From: Octopus bimaculoides
Lineage: Eukaryota
Assembly (NCBI RefSeq): GCF_001194135.2
Contig: NC_068987.1
Location: forward strand, 35,650,149-35,713,439
Reading direction: 5' to 3'
Length of the DNA: 63,291 bases
Shown here one piece after another: positions 61,135-63,291 of this stretch. The translations under genes were made by a program, and so were the position numbers. The notes beneath the pieces are model-generated. The model was not told the origin of the DNA, did no database searches, and was given only the letters and a program-made list of their open reading frames with translations. Each line of letters opens with the position of its first letter. Position 1 is the stretch's first letter.

Positions 61135-62465
61135 ATAATAAATTACCCAGTCTATATGGATGACCTTCAGTTTTATGGAAATGGAAACAATGTAAACTTT
61201 GATGACATTAAATTACCACTAAAGAATATTGTTCGATCCCGATGGAATAATGTCGTATACAAATATCTCCTAGTACAGCAAGGCGATATGATAATGGAAA
61301 GAGAAACCAGAGGGAAGGTTACTAACTTTTACAAGTGGAGATTTAGGAAGGTGCTCCAAACAATTTAAATTTGAGGGAACATCATTAACGGCATGAATAC
61401 GTGGATAATGTCAGTATTATGATATCCTACCCCCTTCTGAAATAGAGAAAGATGGCGTGCAGAACCAGAAAGCTGTTAGCAATGCATAGTGCCTTGCGTC
61501 CCCAAAGCAATACCGACTGACAGTATCTCTCTAAAAGGAAGGTGGCAAAGGAATACTTAATGCAGAAGACACTTCGATACTAGGGCTAAAAGTTATGTTG
61601 TGCAGAGTAGAGGAAGAATACTTACGGCAGCCAGAGATACAAAACAAAATTACACAGACAAAAGAAGAATTCAGACAGAAAAAGGAAGAACAACAGAATG
61701 AACAAATGGAAAGAAACTGAACTGCATGTCCGTTTCATGCAACAAAACGAAAATACAGGAATTGAAGCCTATTATTATAGGCTACGTTTTAATTGTACAG
61801 GCACAAGCACTTAGAACAAATCTGATAAACGAAAAAATCGACAAAATTCCGAGAACACGTTTTGCAAGAAAAGAGAGAATCAGACACATTTTGAGTGAAT
61901 GCACAAAAGGAATACAAGCGCAGATATTACTGAAAGGCAAAAGAGTACATTGGAATGTCAGTGGAGTATGTAGCTTCAAAATAACAGTAAAGTGGTATGA
62001 ACACATACCAGAGGCTGCGGTAGACAATGCGGATTAAAAGATCAAATGTGACATCGACATAAAGACAGACTATACAATTGAAGCAAGAAGATGGGCCATA
62101 ATTAGGAAGAACAAAGTCAACAAACAGTGCAAGGTCATGTATTTTGCACTTCACTATGATAAAAGGGTCGATACCATAGAACCTGAAAAAAATGGAGAAA
62201 TATAAGGATTTAGCCAGAGAACTGTTGTAATAAAAAGACAATCATTTCTATGGTAATAAAACGACAACAATTATTTGTATGGAATAACACTTGGCATAAC
62301 ACTCAAGTTGCTACTTAAAAGACTGAAAGAAATTGAACTTGAATCACATTGCCGACCAGCAGAAAACTACCATCGTATATTCTGGAAGAACGCTAGGAAA
62401 TATTCTCGAGATTTAGGGAGACTTGTAGTCATCAAACTTCAAGATAACATCCCCACGAAATGAAA
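61135..62465 (+). mobile_element. Degenerate RLE LINE fragment (RT C-terminal half to endonuclease)
   Basis: YMDDLQFYG, YKYL, RKVLQT..GNIING, PIIIG..VQAQALRTN, HILSEC and HWNV..WYEHIPEA; followed by (CAG)n(TAG)n. Confidence 0.85.
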
Positions 62466-62471
62466 TAGCCT

Positions 62472-62477
62472 GCAGCT

Positions 62478-62558
<81 letters not shown>
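62472..62558 (+). repeat. Compound (CAG)n(TAG)n microsatellite
   Basis: Direct reading of the sequence. Confidence 0.97.
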
Positions 62559-63291
62559 ACAGAAAGAATATAAATTAGAGAAGACTACTATATGTATTGC
62601 ATTAATACCTAAGCCACTGAAACAATATATCCTTGTAATTCAACATTCGAATTCTTTGATATGTCGTTAAGCACGTTATTATTTTAATGTAATGATCATA
62701 GAAGCAATGCATTTGCGTCAGCTTGAAAATTAGCAGAAAATAAATTTTCAAAGCAGGATCTTACGAAAATGCAAATCGAAAGAATCTCAATTATATTTAA
62801 AAACGTCAATTCTTTTGTTCAATAGCGGTTTCCATGTCTCGAATGGAGAAAAGATAAATCATATAATTACTATGTAAATAATAGATATTTAATTACAATT
62901 AAAGTGATGAGTATTTCATTTTATAAGGAATCAATTTTGGAATGTAAGAATAAAAGCAACTTTGCAGTTATCAATATAAAATAAAGAGTATATACAGTGG
63001 GAAATGCAAAACACACACACTCACGCACACACAAATGCGTATGTGTGCGCGTGAGTTTGACTGGTGTGGTGTATGTACGCATTAAGAAAATGAAAAGGTA
63101 ATGACGGTATATTTAGGAAAAACATAAATAGCTAAAATATGGGGAAACAGGAAATAGACAAACTTTAAACGAAATGTAGACAAAATCCATAAAAAGTCTG
63201 TATATCAATTTGTTTATGTATCTTTATTAGGTAACAAATAAACAGAGAGATATTTCCTTTGGAGAAACTGATTTTAAATAAGTTGGAATAG

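Noticed and set aside
1-63291. CRISPR array, operon or prokaryotic defence system
   Set aside because: No repeat-spacer periodicity or dense coding; the DNA is eukaryotic and repeat-dominated.

Overview
This is AT-rich, microsatellite-laden eukaryotic DNA with seven N-gaps. The SINE families and (TA/CA/GATA/TACA)n landscape point to an octopod cephalopod (inference from recalled repeat families; not searched). No intact protein-coding gene, rRNA, true tRNA or CRISPR array is visible, so the window reads as a large intron or intergenic transposon graveyard. It contains degenerate mariner/Tc1 elements and MITEs, several tRNA-derived SINE families, Penelope-like element (PLE) relics, RLE-type (R4/Dong-like) LINEs, L1/Tx1-clade ORF1 and ORF2 relics, a tandem Helitron-like unit and a few weak candidate host exons. 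Four observations stand out. (1) A tRNA-headed SINE has a minimal hammerhead ribozyme in its tail and an inverted tail copy that starts exactly at the predicted cleavage site, a Penelope-like architecture. (2) L1/Tx1 elements that appear to be ORF1-only occur in tandem pairs, and two end at the same site of a SINE-like target. (3) HDV-like ribozyme folds with apparent covariation lie at the 5' ends of two RLE LINEs. (4) A frame-symmetric 171-nt exon candidate carries a single in-frame TAA. Boundaries of degraded elements are approximate.
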